Made by a program: the position numbers and the translations under genes. DNA of 64,000 nucleotides from Amoebophrya sp. A120. Lineage: Eukaryota; Protista; Dinoflagellata. Positions 23,936-35,900 of this stretch are shown piece after piece. Location of the stretch: contig CAJINV010000003.1 of assembly GCA_905178155.1 (NCBI GenBank), positions 2,955,715 through 3,019,714 on the forward strand, in the 5' to 3' direction. Position 1 is the first letter of the stretch. The number at the start of each line of letters is the position of its first letter. Below the pieces are notes generated by a model that saw only the letters and a program-made list of their open reading frames with translations, was not told the origin of the DNA and did not search any database.

Positions 23936-26900
23936 CTAGCGCCCACGCTGCTGTTGCTCCAGAAACGGCATGTTGTGGTGCTGGAAGTAAGGTGCATGGT
24001 GCTGATGCGGGCCAGCAACGACATTCTGGCTACTGTAGTAGTCCGTGTAGAAAGGCAGCGGCTGTTGTGAGTGTGAGGGCAGTTTCACTATGGTTTCGCA
24101 TTGCAGAGGATGCGCGTTACTTACTTCGTCGTGCGTGGGCGATCTTGATCTATCTCTCATTCGCGTGCTAACAAATAACTCGAAAATTTTCATTTACCTC
24201 TGTGCCTACCGAAAGGTACTGCGGGGGTTGATCAGCCATGTAGGTAGTCGAAGGGTTCTCGGACACTTGCAGCGAACCCCTGCGCGGATCTACCCCCGTG
24301 GACTGCATACTGCCGCTCAGCGCCACGTGATGCCCCGGAAACCTGGCGGCGTCGTGCTTCTCAAACCGGTTTTGGCTGCGGCGCACCCGATATCTCGCTT
24401 CCTCGCCCACAGATGCGCGGCCGTGCCCAATGGCCGCTTGTAGCTGCGGAGCATCCTCAGGCCGCTGGCGAACTTCACAGTACTGCCGATACACCTGCGT
24501 CGTCAGCGATTTCTCGTACGAGTCATGATCCAAGAAATCGTTCGTGTTTTTGCTGCTTCCCGCGATCCCGAGCATCCGCGTGGCATGTGCCTCTTCTGGG
24601 GAACTCGGGCGCCCAGTCTGTTTGTTTATTTCATCTTTCGCTCTTCTGGCTGACTGTGCGCACTACAAATCGACGGCCAGATGGTAAAAAGTGCAAAAGA
24701 ACAAAAAAAGTCCTAAGTAATAATTCCAATACGAGAACTACTGTGCTTAAGCCACGAACACGCCTCATTTTTCACTGCTGTACCTGGAAGTCTTTGTGGT
24801 AGGTGAGGGCCTTTCGCGCGGCTTCCTTCATCGCTTGATTTATCGTGTCAGAAAAAGCGTTGTCGTCGGCTTGGAAGCGCCTGTGGAGATGCTGCTGCGT
24901 GCTGCTACTACCTTGCCCGTCGTGCGGTGACAAGGCTATCAAAGACCCTGTTGAGAGTCCACCCGGACCGGCGCCCGGAGATGGGCTTTGCGGAATGATC
25001 TGGTGCTTGAAAGTCCCCGTGTTCTGTGATGTTTATGTTTTATCGGAATGATATCACTTCATCTCCTCCCTTACCCGCAGAACGTAAATCATGATGTTGA
25101 CGAAAGGGACGGAATCCGAGGCTGATACTAGAGCGAACAACTGACTGTCCTCTGGCCTTAGTACTTTTGATTAAAAAAGCTCCGCTGCGAAGTACGAGAA
25201 TCAAACAGCACTACTTGTATTCTGAAGGGGAAATTCTTGAGCGTCCCTGCTGGCGACGGCGAGCGCTTCGGAGCAGCACTTTTCCGCAGCGCGCCCTGGC
25301 CATTGATGTCGCGGAACATTTCCCCTGGTGAGTTCACCCGCCCTCGGAAGTCGGCCTTTGGTGACAGACTCAACTTTTCCGACGCGATGGGCCTGTGCTG
25401 CTCCGAGGCCGCTATAGCCTCCCACTCCTCTCGGCTAATCCGAGCTCTAGCTGGCTGCTCAATGCGCGGCACAGCCTGAGTGCATAGAGATTCATGTTGA
25501 ACCATGACCATTGCTATTCGACCAAGAAGAAGAACGAGAGCGTACGACGAAGATCAAATTAATATGTTCATGTATTGGATCAGCCGCAAAACTTTACAGC
25601 AAGTGCAAGATTTCAGTACCGCCTGCAGGCTTTGCGGTTGCTGGAGTTCGCGCCCGCGTCTGGGGTTTCCATACAGCAGCTCCTGCACAATCATTTTCTC
25701 CTGCTCGGGTGAAAACTTGGGATCTTTTTTCCCGACCGAAGAACCGCGGGGTGGCCGCGTGGAATGTTTACCCTCTTGTCCGGATCGTTGCTGCTCCCGC
25801 AAGATTGCGAGCTCCTGCTGCAGCTTCTGCCGTTGCAACACCTCCTCCTCGAGCCTTTGCGCAAGTTTCTGGGTTTCCAAGTCTTTTTGAGAAGACGAGC
25901 CGCCCTGGGGTACGTTGTAGGTAGGCGCGTTACAGATTCATTCCGGTTGCGTTTGCAAAAATTCAATAACAGCATGTTGGCAATCCTTGTAAAGACTTTA
26001 AAATGGTACTACGTGTACGGCCATGCTAGTACACCTATGGTTACAGAATATAAAAGGCACTGCAGTATTCCAACCTTCCTGGACGATCGGGCACTGTGCG
26101 GCTTCCCACGCTGCGACGTACTGAGGCTGACGCTATTGCTGTTCGAGGCCGGGGCGGCCGGTGCTGGCGGCGGTTTTGCCCAGTCACCGATGCAGGGATC
26201 CGTACTGAACACCATCGACCCACCGAAGTTTCTGTTCGCACAGAAAGGCGACGTCTTGTCCACAAGCGAATTTCGCGCGGACAGGCTGCGGGACGCGGAC
26301 GAGGAGCTACTCTGCGTATGCGCGTGAGGTGGCAGATCGTGGTTGTACTGACTTCCACTCTGGGGTTCCGTGCTGGCACGCTTGCGCGCGTAGTACGCGG
26401 CAGTGTAGCTGTTCCGTCGGCTCGATGAGGCCGTCTGTGAGTCGTACTTGTCGTGCGAATTGCGCCTGCTGCTTGAGCCGCTGCCGTGCCCCCCCTCGTC
26501 TTTATTATTCCCCACCGATGCGGACGAGTCCGCGGTACGGGCTGCGCCAGCAGGAGGACCATTCCGCTGCTGATCGTCCTCCGCCTGCCGTAAACGCTGC
26601 TGTCCGTACGGGCTGGGCGGGACTGCATAGTAGTTGCGGTTCTTTTCGGGAGAAGACTTGTTGTTTTCTCGGGAGCCCTTACTGCTGCCCGAACTATCCG
26701 CGTAGAACAACTGCACGCCACGACTCGCAGCCACGGCGGATTTCAAGGCGTTCTCCGAAACACCAGCTTTTTTCTGCTTCTGCTTCTGCTTTCCCGGGCT
26801 TTTATTTTTCTCTGGACTAGGGTGCAAGGCGGATTCATTTTTCGCCAGATTTTCCTCCTCGGCGTCAACGAAAGCCATGGGCAGCATCGCGAGTCCGTGC

Positions 26901-29900
26901 AGTTGTCCATCGACCACCACCGGATCATCGACGTTGTACAGTGCATCGACTTCCCGGTGCAGCGACTGCGCCACTGGCCGCGTGCCTGGCGCGAACATGT
27001 ACTCCATCTGTGGTCCGCCGTTGGAAGAGGCGCCTGACATCGTGTGGCTCGGTGGTAGTTCCACCTCCGCCGGCGCCTGCAGTGCCTGGGACTCGCGAAA
27101 CACGAACTGTTCTGGTCGCGACTGGTATTCGGGATTGTCGAAGGTTCCGCTCGCGTTGTTGGAACTCCTAGAGTAACTCATACTGTCCGCAGCGCCGTAG
27201 GAATTCGCCGAGAACCCCCGTTCCCGCGCAGCGCCCGCTCCTGGGTCGGCGAGCAACTGGTCTTGGGGATTGCTTGCAGAGGTCGGCGTTCTAGGCTTCT
27301 TGTTCCCCAGTTTTTGGATCACCTCGGTCACGCCCTTTTCGCTCTCCAGCTGCGGGAACCGTCCGAATTCCTGCGGGTTTTGCCCCCCGGCCGTGTCGCG
27401 ATCTCGGTCGACGACCACGACGGAGGGGCCCGCTCCTTGCGTGGAAGATCCTCCTCCAGGCTTGTTCTTTCGGCCGCCCGAACGCGAGGCCGAAGAGGAC
27501 GCTGACGCCGACTGCTGTACTATATTGCCAGAGCTCATTCTCTGAAAAAGCTCGTTCCCCACGTATGAAGATTCCGCGTCTTTATCATCAGTTCTTGCAG
27601 CCACGGGGTGTAATTGGCGTAGTTGCGAAGATGTTGAACTGCTCGCAGGCATGGCAAATCCCGTCGACGACTTGCTGCGATTGGGGCTCATGGGGCTCAC
27701 GGTGGCGCTGGGGTTGTGTTGCAGCAGAATTGACATCGATTCGTTGTACCGCTTGCCCGTTGGCGAGTTGGGCGACAGGGACCGCTGCTCTGGAGACAAC
27801 CGCGCACCGTACTCGTGTTGCTCCGCCTTGGCCTCGGGCCAGGTGCCCCGGAAATCGGTTTCGTGCTTGAACTTCAAAACGGAAAAGAAATTCTCCAGCG
27901 ACTCGAGGCCCCGGGAACTCTTGATGATGACCTGCTGCCCCCGAAAATCCGCGTAGATCTTCTTGCCCTGCGCGCGGGCACCCGTGCTGATATCCATGAC
28001 AAAGTACCAGTTCTGATTCAGCTTCGTGATTTGCAGGAAGGGCATGGGGTACTCCTCGAAAAACCGCGTGAGCGCGAAGTCCACCTGGTCCGGAATGTGC
28101 TGCCCCAGAATGATGTCGCACGTACGTCGGCTCTCGGATACCGAGGCGGTCGCCGACGCAGAAGAGGAGGAACCGCCAGTGCGTCTCTGTTGCAATGGTT
28201 GCGTCGCACTGCGCTGCGAAGGTGCCGAGATGACCGTTGCTGTCTTGTTCGGCGAAGCTTTCTTGCCCCCACGACCAGCGTTCTTCGTGGGTGAGGGCGT
28301 TTTCTTGTTGTCGTTTTTACTATCCCCCGCGTCTATTGTCACCTTCGCCCGCGAGCCCGAACGACTTCGACTTGAGGATCCGGTCGGCTCCTGTGTTGCC
28401 GCGGAGGCCCTAGTACCACCTTGATTTGGAGCTTTCGACGCCGCTTTTGTTTTCGGCGCAGCCACTTTCTTGCTGGCTGCTTCCTTGGTCCGCGGCGGGG
28501 TGGTCTTTTCTGCTACTTTTGCAGAAGCAGATTTTGCCAACTGGTCCGAGGAAGACCGCCGCTTTTCCGGTGATGGCGTTTTACTCTTGGGCGGACTGCT
28601 CTTTCGCCCACTCGCCTGTTCACCTCCCTTCTTCGCAGCAGGAGCTTCCGGCTTGTTTGCCTTGGACTTTGAGACCACAACATCCGAGGAAGAGCGTTCG
28701 TCCTTCTTCGCAGGTGAGGCTTTCGCCTTCTTTCCCGGGGGCGGTTGCCGCGCTGCTGGGGTCGTACTACTACTTTTGTCGTCACTTGACCGGTCCCGTT
28801 TCTTCTTCCGCGCAGAGCTATCCCGCGGCTCCTCGGTCGCAGAGGCCGAGGCAGACGCGGCACTGGACCTCAGATTTGACGGCGATTTTTTTCGGGACGA
28901 GGTCGTCACACTCGGCTGCGACTTCGGCCCAACGTCTGCTCCGCTTTGCACCTGCGATCGCCGGACGTGCGCCTGGTCTTCCGGCAAAACAGAACCCTTG
29001 TGATACAGCGTCCACTGCGTATGGTCCAACACAACTTCCGAAGGCGAGTTTTTTCGGCTGTCCACCGAGCGCGGTTGCTTTGCCTTCTCATTGGTCCAAT
29101 ACTCGGTGCTCCGCGGTTGACTAACGTGCATCATACTCGCGCCCGGGATGTACGGCGGGTCGGTGGTCGCACCCATTTTTTCCCCCGCGGCGCTGAGGTC
29201 ACTGCTTGTCCGGGGTCGTCGCTTCGGCGAATAGTCGAAAAATCCGCTGGTACCACCCCGTGAAATCTTTCTCGTTCCCTCCTCCTCCGCGGGCAGCGGA
29301 GCCACCCCCGGATAGGCGGGGCTTTCGGGCGAACTGGCCCGAGAAACGTAGTCATTGACGATGCAACGCTCGAGATCATGCTCTGGCGAAAACACATTGT
29401 GGTGCGTAGAGTGCGCATGGTACACCTTGCCCTCGTTCGTCACAAAAGGCGGCGACACGATTTTCTTGCTTTTCCGCTGTGGTTGCACTACCAGATTCGG
29501 ACTGGCTCGCGATGAGGTCGTACTCTTCATCAAGTTGCTTGTGCTTTTCGCAAGCGTTTCTAGGTCCGCCTTCTGGTTCACCTCCTCCAAACGCACCAGT
29601 AAATCGTCGACCACCTCGGGTGTAGCGTCCTCGAAGACTTCCGCCTCTGACTGCGAACTGGCGGCCGGTCGCGGATCTGCGGAGTACAGAAACGGCCCAG
29701 TCGCAGCCACGGCAGAACTACCCGCGAGCGTTCCACGACCCTGCTGGCGCAACAGAACAAGATCTGACTCAGACGATTTCTGACGCTCCTCCAACTCCAT
29801 CGGCTGCGGAGGAACCTCGACGTCCCCCTGCTGCTGCTGCTGTGTGGAAGTCGTGTTCTTCTCTACCCCTGCTGCCGTCCCCTTGATCATGACATCGTCC

Positions 29901-32900
29901 ACATCCTCGTCCTCCGGCGAGCGGCCCTCTGCAAAAGTGATTTCGTCCTCGTTGCGAAATGTGACTTTCAATTCCGCGGGTGGAGAGATTTCGAACGACA
30001 CCTCGCGGTCGCTGTTCGGCGAATGCTTTTTCCGTCCGCCGCTCTCCGGACTCGCGGCCGCCTGCACCACGTGCGTGGCCACGCCGCTGCTCGACAGGGG
30101 CGGCGACGCCTGTATGTCTTCGTCTTCCGCTGCGGACATTTGCTCGGGGAAGACCGCAAAGTAGGAGCTTTTGCTGTTGTTTTCCTCCGTAGCGGAGGAA
30201 CTACTATCCACTTCATTCGCCGCGGAAGAGGATGCGTCTTCGACCGACATCATTTCCGGGTAAACCGCGCGCACCTCGGACTCTGACTGCTCCTCCTTGC
30301 TGTCCTCCTCGATGTTGGCGAAGATCCCCAGCTCGTTCAGCCCCGTTCGCGAGCTTCCGCCAGATCCCCCATAGTTCTGGAAGGACGCCAGGCCCCCCTT
30401 CAGCCGGTTGTAGGTCAGCAGCGCGTCCTGGTCATAGCACTCGTATTCGTGGTCCCGCGTCAGACTCTTGTAGTTCGACTCCAGCTCCGGGTAGTGGTCT
30501 TTCACCAAGGACGGCGTGCTCTCGAAGGGGTGCGGCATGTTCTCGCCAGAAGAGATTTTTATAGCCTGAAGCAGAAGCGTCCCGTCTTCCGCTTGCACCA
30601 GTTCCTGCAGCTGCTGCCCGGTTGTACCTGTGTTGAAATCAAGTCCTGCAGTTGTAGCTCCACCGTCGAGCGGCGGATAGTGCAGGAAATCATCGGGAAT
30701 CAGTTGCGGCAACGCGTTAGTAATATCGAACTGCAGGTCGTTGAGGAAGTTCTCTCCGTCCTGCATGAAGTTCTGCATTTCCAGGTCCAGCAGATTTTCA
30801 TCGCTCGAGTCCCGCTCGAGATCCAGTTCGTTCAAACCGGTGCGGGAGCCTCGAAGAAGGTCCGGGTCCCCCGACAGGAAACGTTGTTCCGGGCCTCCCG
30901 CACAGGAAAATTGTAGGCCTCTCTGAGCCGCGGAAAGTTTCGGGCCGAGAGGCCAGCTAAGGTGCATCCGGGACCCTTGCATGAGAAACGGCAGGCCCCC
31001 CGGGGCGTGGGAAAGTTCAAGGCGAAGGCGAACCAGAGCCCAGGGCGCAGTATTTCTCTCTCTTGCCAGGAGCTCGACAACCCCAGGGCCGCCCCCCCGG
31101 CGTGCCAGTCCCTGCCTCCCGAAGGTGAAGAAAACTCTGGAGCCCCTGCCTCCCCGGCGCAAAGGCTGTAGACGTGCCCAACCCCTGTCTGCGGCAAAGT
31201 TGCGCGCTCCGAAACCGAATCCAAAACGCCTCGGCGAGCCCGGGCGCAGAAAAATTCTGAAGAGCCCGCGCCGCGCAGGAGGTGTAGGTGAGCTCGCGCC
31301 AGTCGGCACGCGATGGCGAAAGCTCCGCGCCAGCCAGGAAATAAAAACAACTGCGACTTCCCCGAAAGGGAAGCAACGGACCTTCCGCAGGAAAAGATCC
31401 GCCAGAGCTTCCGAGACCGAGAAGTACAGGGCTGCCGAAGGTAAATAAGCTTCGGAGCCTCCGAAGGTCAAAGCTCCGGTGCTTCCGAAGGTAAAAACTC
31501 CGGAACTCCCGAAGGCGAAGGTGCCGAAGTGGAATCCTCGAGACACCTGCGCAGGAAGGCGAAGTGGAAGTGGAATCGCGAGAGATATGGTTCGTGATCT
31601 TCCGAGAGTGAGAAGGCGGAACGAGCATGGAACTCCGAGAGGGACGGACCTTCCGAGGGAAGGCGAAATGCAAAGGGAATCCCCCGAGACATACACCTTC
31701 CGAAGGAAGGACGCACAATGAAATGGAATCCCGGGAACTTCCGTCTAACGTTATTCGCCACGCCTCTATCGACCAGACATAGAAAACAAAGCCAGCAACC
31801 CCTGTGATAAACGTGGCCGCGTTTGAAACAAACAGAGCGAAGAACTTTAGGCACGAGGGTATGGCAGTCACAAAGCCTAGAAAGAGCGCCAGACTCTTCC
31901 AAGGTGAGGCAATACGAGGAGGAGGGCTGACGAGGATGAAGCTGTAATGGTATATTTGATTCCATTCAACTTGATTCCAGGAAGTAACTTGATTCCATGT
32001 AACGGGATTCCAGGTTTAACTTGATTCCAATTAACTTGATTCCAGGTTTAACTTGATTCCAAGTAACTTGATTCCATGATCTTAACTTGATTCCTTGTTT
32101 TACCATTTTCATCGCTCGAGTCCCGCTCGAGATCCAGTTCGTTCAAACCGGTGCGGGAGCCGGCGCTATTTGGTCGTTGAAAATTTCCATATTTGTGCGC
32201 ATATTTGCAAAATGTAGAGGACTCGCAGCAGCAGCTTTTGGCAGCTGACCGGCGGTCTGCCAGCCTTCCTTCTCGTGCTTCCTTTTGCCGCTCCACTGAA
32301 AGTGCGGGAAAGGGCATCAGAAGGTGTCGTTGTAAGCCATTTTCTGCATTTTGCTATGATGGAAATTCCCAGCTCGGTTTTCCGCACTGGCCAAAGGAAA
32401 GTGCCGAAGACCGAGGCCTTCCGGGAAGCCAAAGGGAGGGGGGAGTGGGGCTGCAGGCGAGGCCAGGAGCAGCGCTCTGACTTTCGTGTGGAGCCGCCTG
32501 CCGTGCGGCGTCCCTGTGTTGCGCACCTTCTACACCCGAACGAAGCCTGGGCGCGAGGGTGCGCCCAGGCTTCGTCTGGATATGTCTCCGCGCGCGTAGG
32601 AGTTGGCGAGGCGACCAGCCATCCGCCAACTCCTCGGGTTTGGAAGTCAGACGGTTTGGGGAGTTGAAAGTATTGACGCTCGCCATTTTGCAATGATGGA
32701 AATTCCCCGCTCGGGTTTGGGTGAGAGGCAAGCTACAATTTGCAATGATGGAAATTCCCCGCTCGGGTTTGGGTGAGAGGCAAGCTACAATTTGCAATGA
32801 TGGAAATTCCCCGCTCGGGTTTGGGTGAAACACAAATTGGGATTTTGCAATGATGGAAATTTCCCGCTCGCGTTTCACCTTCGCCAAGCTCACCCAATGC

Positions 32901-35900
32901 GAAAACGCATACCCCAAAGCAATACCCCAACGCGATACCCCAAAGCAATACCCCGTACGAATACCCCCATCAATACCCCCCGGGATTTTTGGACTCAGCT
33001 CGGTGCACAACGATGACGAATACCCCCAGCAAGTACCCCCTTCAAGGGGTATTTGTTTGGGGTATTGGTCTTCATGCGACATCTTTATGCGAACCCAAGA
33101 TGCCTGACAGTATTTCCCGATCGCACCGGAACCGTGGGCGGGTGCTTTGCGACCTGGCTGAAGTACGGCCAAGAGTTTCTGGAGCAGCGGGACATGCTCA
33201 GCGAAATACTGCTACTAGGCATGTTGCGCGGTGGGCTAAAGCTCGGTGGGGGTGCTTTCCTCGGATTTGCTGCGCTTTTTGGGTGCATGCGCGCTGGCCG
33301 GGAGGCCACCTGGAGGCTTTTCACGAATGGCCCCCGGCTTTGGCGAATGCTGACGGCCTGCTTTTCCGCATCCTAAAATTGCAAGAAGACGCGCGGCTGT
33401 GGTGCAGCCGCATATCCGTTCGGCTGACCCTTCGCCAAAGGGGTAGCGCTAGGATGTATTCGCTATCAACTAACTGCGCCAGCGGTGCCAGAGAATGAGC
33501 CTCCGGCTTCCGCTCTCCTCCCCAGCAACTCGCTGACCCGAAAACGTCGGGCGCGGGCGTGAAAAATGAACATGGCAGGCCCGGTAGCGGGTTGCCTTTC
33601 GCTACATTTTGCAAATATGCGGGTAGATATGGATATTTCCAAGGATTAAGAGATCCAGTTCGTTCAAACCGGTGCGGGAGCCTGCGCTGCCGTTCCGCCC
33701 GCCGGCCAGCCGCTTGTAGGTCAGGAGTGCCGCCTCGTCGTACAAAAACTGGTTGCACTCGATAGTATCGTACTTCTTGGACAGCACGGGGTACTGATCG
33801 CTGCTCAGCGTGTTTTTCATCAGGAGCTCCGATAGCGTGTTTTTCTCGAGTATTTCCTCCTGTTGTAGTTCCGGGGCACCACCGTCGTCACCAACAAGTA
33901 GCCCGGTCAGCGCATCTTCACCAGTCGGCTCCTCCGGAGACGCCATCGCGACGACGTCATCTGCCTCCAACACGGCGGGGGCCGTAGTTTTTGCAAAAGT
34001 TCCACCCTGGTCGTGCTTTTTCAGCGGAGAAGGCACGTCAAGGTCGTGCAGCAACTTCGTCGGCGACGTGAACTCCGGCATCTGCTCCGCGACGGCTTTG
34101 TCGATCGGCTCGCCTTGGCGCACTCGGTCACGGACGTACGCCTTCAACGCATGCTCCGTTCGAAAGGAGCTTGGACTGCCACTGCCTTCTCTCCTCTTCA
34201 CCAAGGCGGCGCTGCAGCAAACGACAGTTTTTGGATCTAAAACTTCAGTTCACTCTTTTCCTACGCGCTTGTTTCTACGAAGTCGAAGAAATTAGAGGTA
34301 TATCTTTCTATTTCTACATAGTCGCATCACGATCACCTTTCAGTTTCAAGAACAATGCAACCGCGGCAAAAAATACCGTTGCGCCTGGTAGTAGTATTCG
34401 TTTGCCTTCTCGTGTTTTTGCCGAGTCCCTGGTGACATGTCTTGCTCATACTCGACGAAGATACGGGTCGGCTTTACAACCGGAGGGGCGCCATGGTGTT
34501 TCTTGCCCCGACCGCTGCTTTGCACACTCGAAAATGAACCAGCTGGCGGTCCTGCCGCGACGGGCGCGTCTTGGTACTCTTCCAAAGCATGGTGGACGAG
34601 CCACTCGATCTGGAATACACGCAGAATTTCACGAATGACCGCTGGAGCAGGCTTGGCCACAGCTGCCGCGTAATCCCGCAGGATCTTCTCTAAACAGGCC
34701 TTGCTCCTGGTCGTGTCCGCCCCGTGGTCCATCGATCTCGGTCCACCTGTCTGCGCGTCCGCTACAGCACCAGCGTCATTCGAGTGCAGCCCGATCAATG
34801 CCTTCACATTGGACTCGATGCCAGCGGCCACGGCGGCCGGCTCGTCGACCGCCAGGTTCGGCCACTGCAGTTGCGGTGCGTGTTTCGCCTTGCTCTCGGC
34901 GGCCAGGGCGTTTTCCAGCATGTCCTCACTGGGTTCCTGCGGCGCCTCCTCGGCAGGACAACTCGCCCCGTCGTCGTCAAATGGCGTCGCCGGTGGGGGC
35001 TCCCGCATTTCGGAAAGCGTCGGGGAGCCGTTCTGCAGTGGCTTGGTGTCTTCGCGCGACGCCGATCGCTTGCGCGCATGCGTTGCACGAGTACCACCGA
35101 GCGCGCCCGGGAGGAGGTCCAGCTGCGTGCACGAAGAGGACGCCGAGGAAGAAAAAGAGTGCTCCTCACCAGAGCAGGCACTGTGGTTCTGCACGGCCGG
35201 AACCGCCACGGGCACGCCTGGCCGCAGCGGCGAGGGTCGAAGAGGCGACCGTGCCGCATCCAGAGGCAGGATGGGGGAGACCGCGTTGAGCGGGGCTCGC
35301 ATCCATTGCGCGCCGCCGGCAGATGTTGCAGAAGTAACGCCGCTCGCATTCAGACCCACCCTCCATGGTAACGGGGGCGACATAAAGCCGCCCGAGGACG
35401 ATGAAACGCCGGGCCCGGGCGAGCGCGCCGCCCCGACGGCTCCGGAAGAAACCGCGGGTGCACGCACCGGTGCACTTTTGGCAGCTGCGTTGGAGGCTCT
35501 CGACGCGGATAAGGACGAACTTCTCCCCGTCGGTTCGAAAGCTCCTGGTGCTGCAGTCTCAGTAGCAACTACATCCTCGCCAGCGTTGAGATCCGGAGTT
35601 GGCTCCACGCTCTCGCCGTACGTGGTCGGCACATGTTGCTCTGTGGCGAGCAGCTCCGGATTCTCGATCGTGACGTCCCCCGGATGCTGCACTCCGCTTC
35701 TCGCGCTGTGATGACTCTCCTTGCTCTCGTTCAGCCGATCCACCGCCTTGGCAATGCTGTTGTTGTGACTCAGCAGCGAGAGGCTCTCGCGGACTTTTTC
35801 TCCGAGCCGCGAAACTTCGGAGTTCCAGTCATCCGTCGGCATTTGCAGCAAGTGCGACGGAGCTCCGTGCTCAAGAGCAGCCGAGGACGCACTGAGCGCC

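Noticed and set aside
30851-31696. N-terminal ~280 aa of the 1895-aa ORF 26009..31696 as real protein
   Set aside because: It lies inside the duplication-flanked insert, has repeat-driven composition, and the upstream exon joins in frame without it.
31921-31950. Hammerhead ribozyme core (CTGACGAG...)
   Set aside because: No GAAA follows a stem II, and there are no supporting stems.
32685-32875. CRISPR-like array
   Set aside because: The intervening segments are identical or near-identical rather than unique spacers, there are no cas genes, and the context is eukaryotic.
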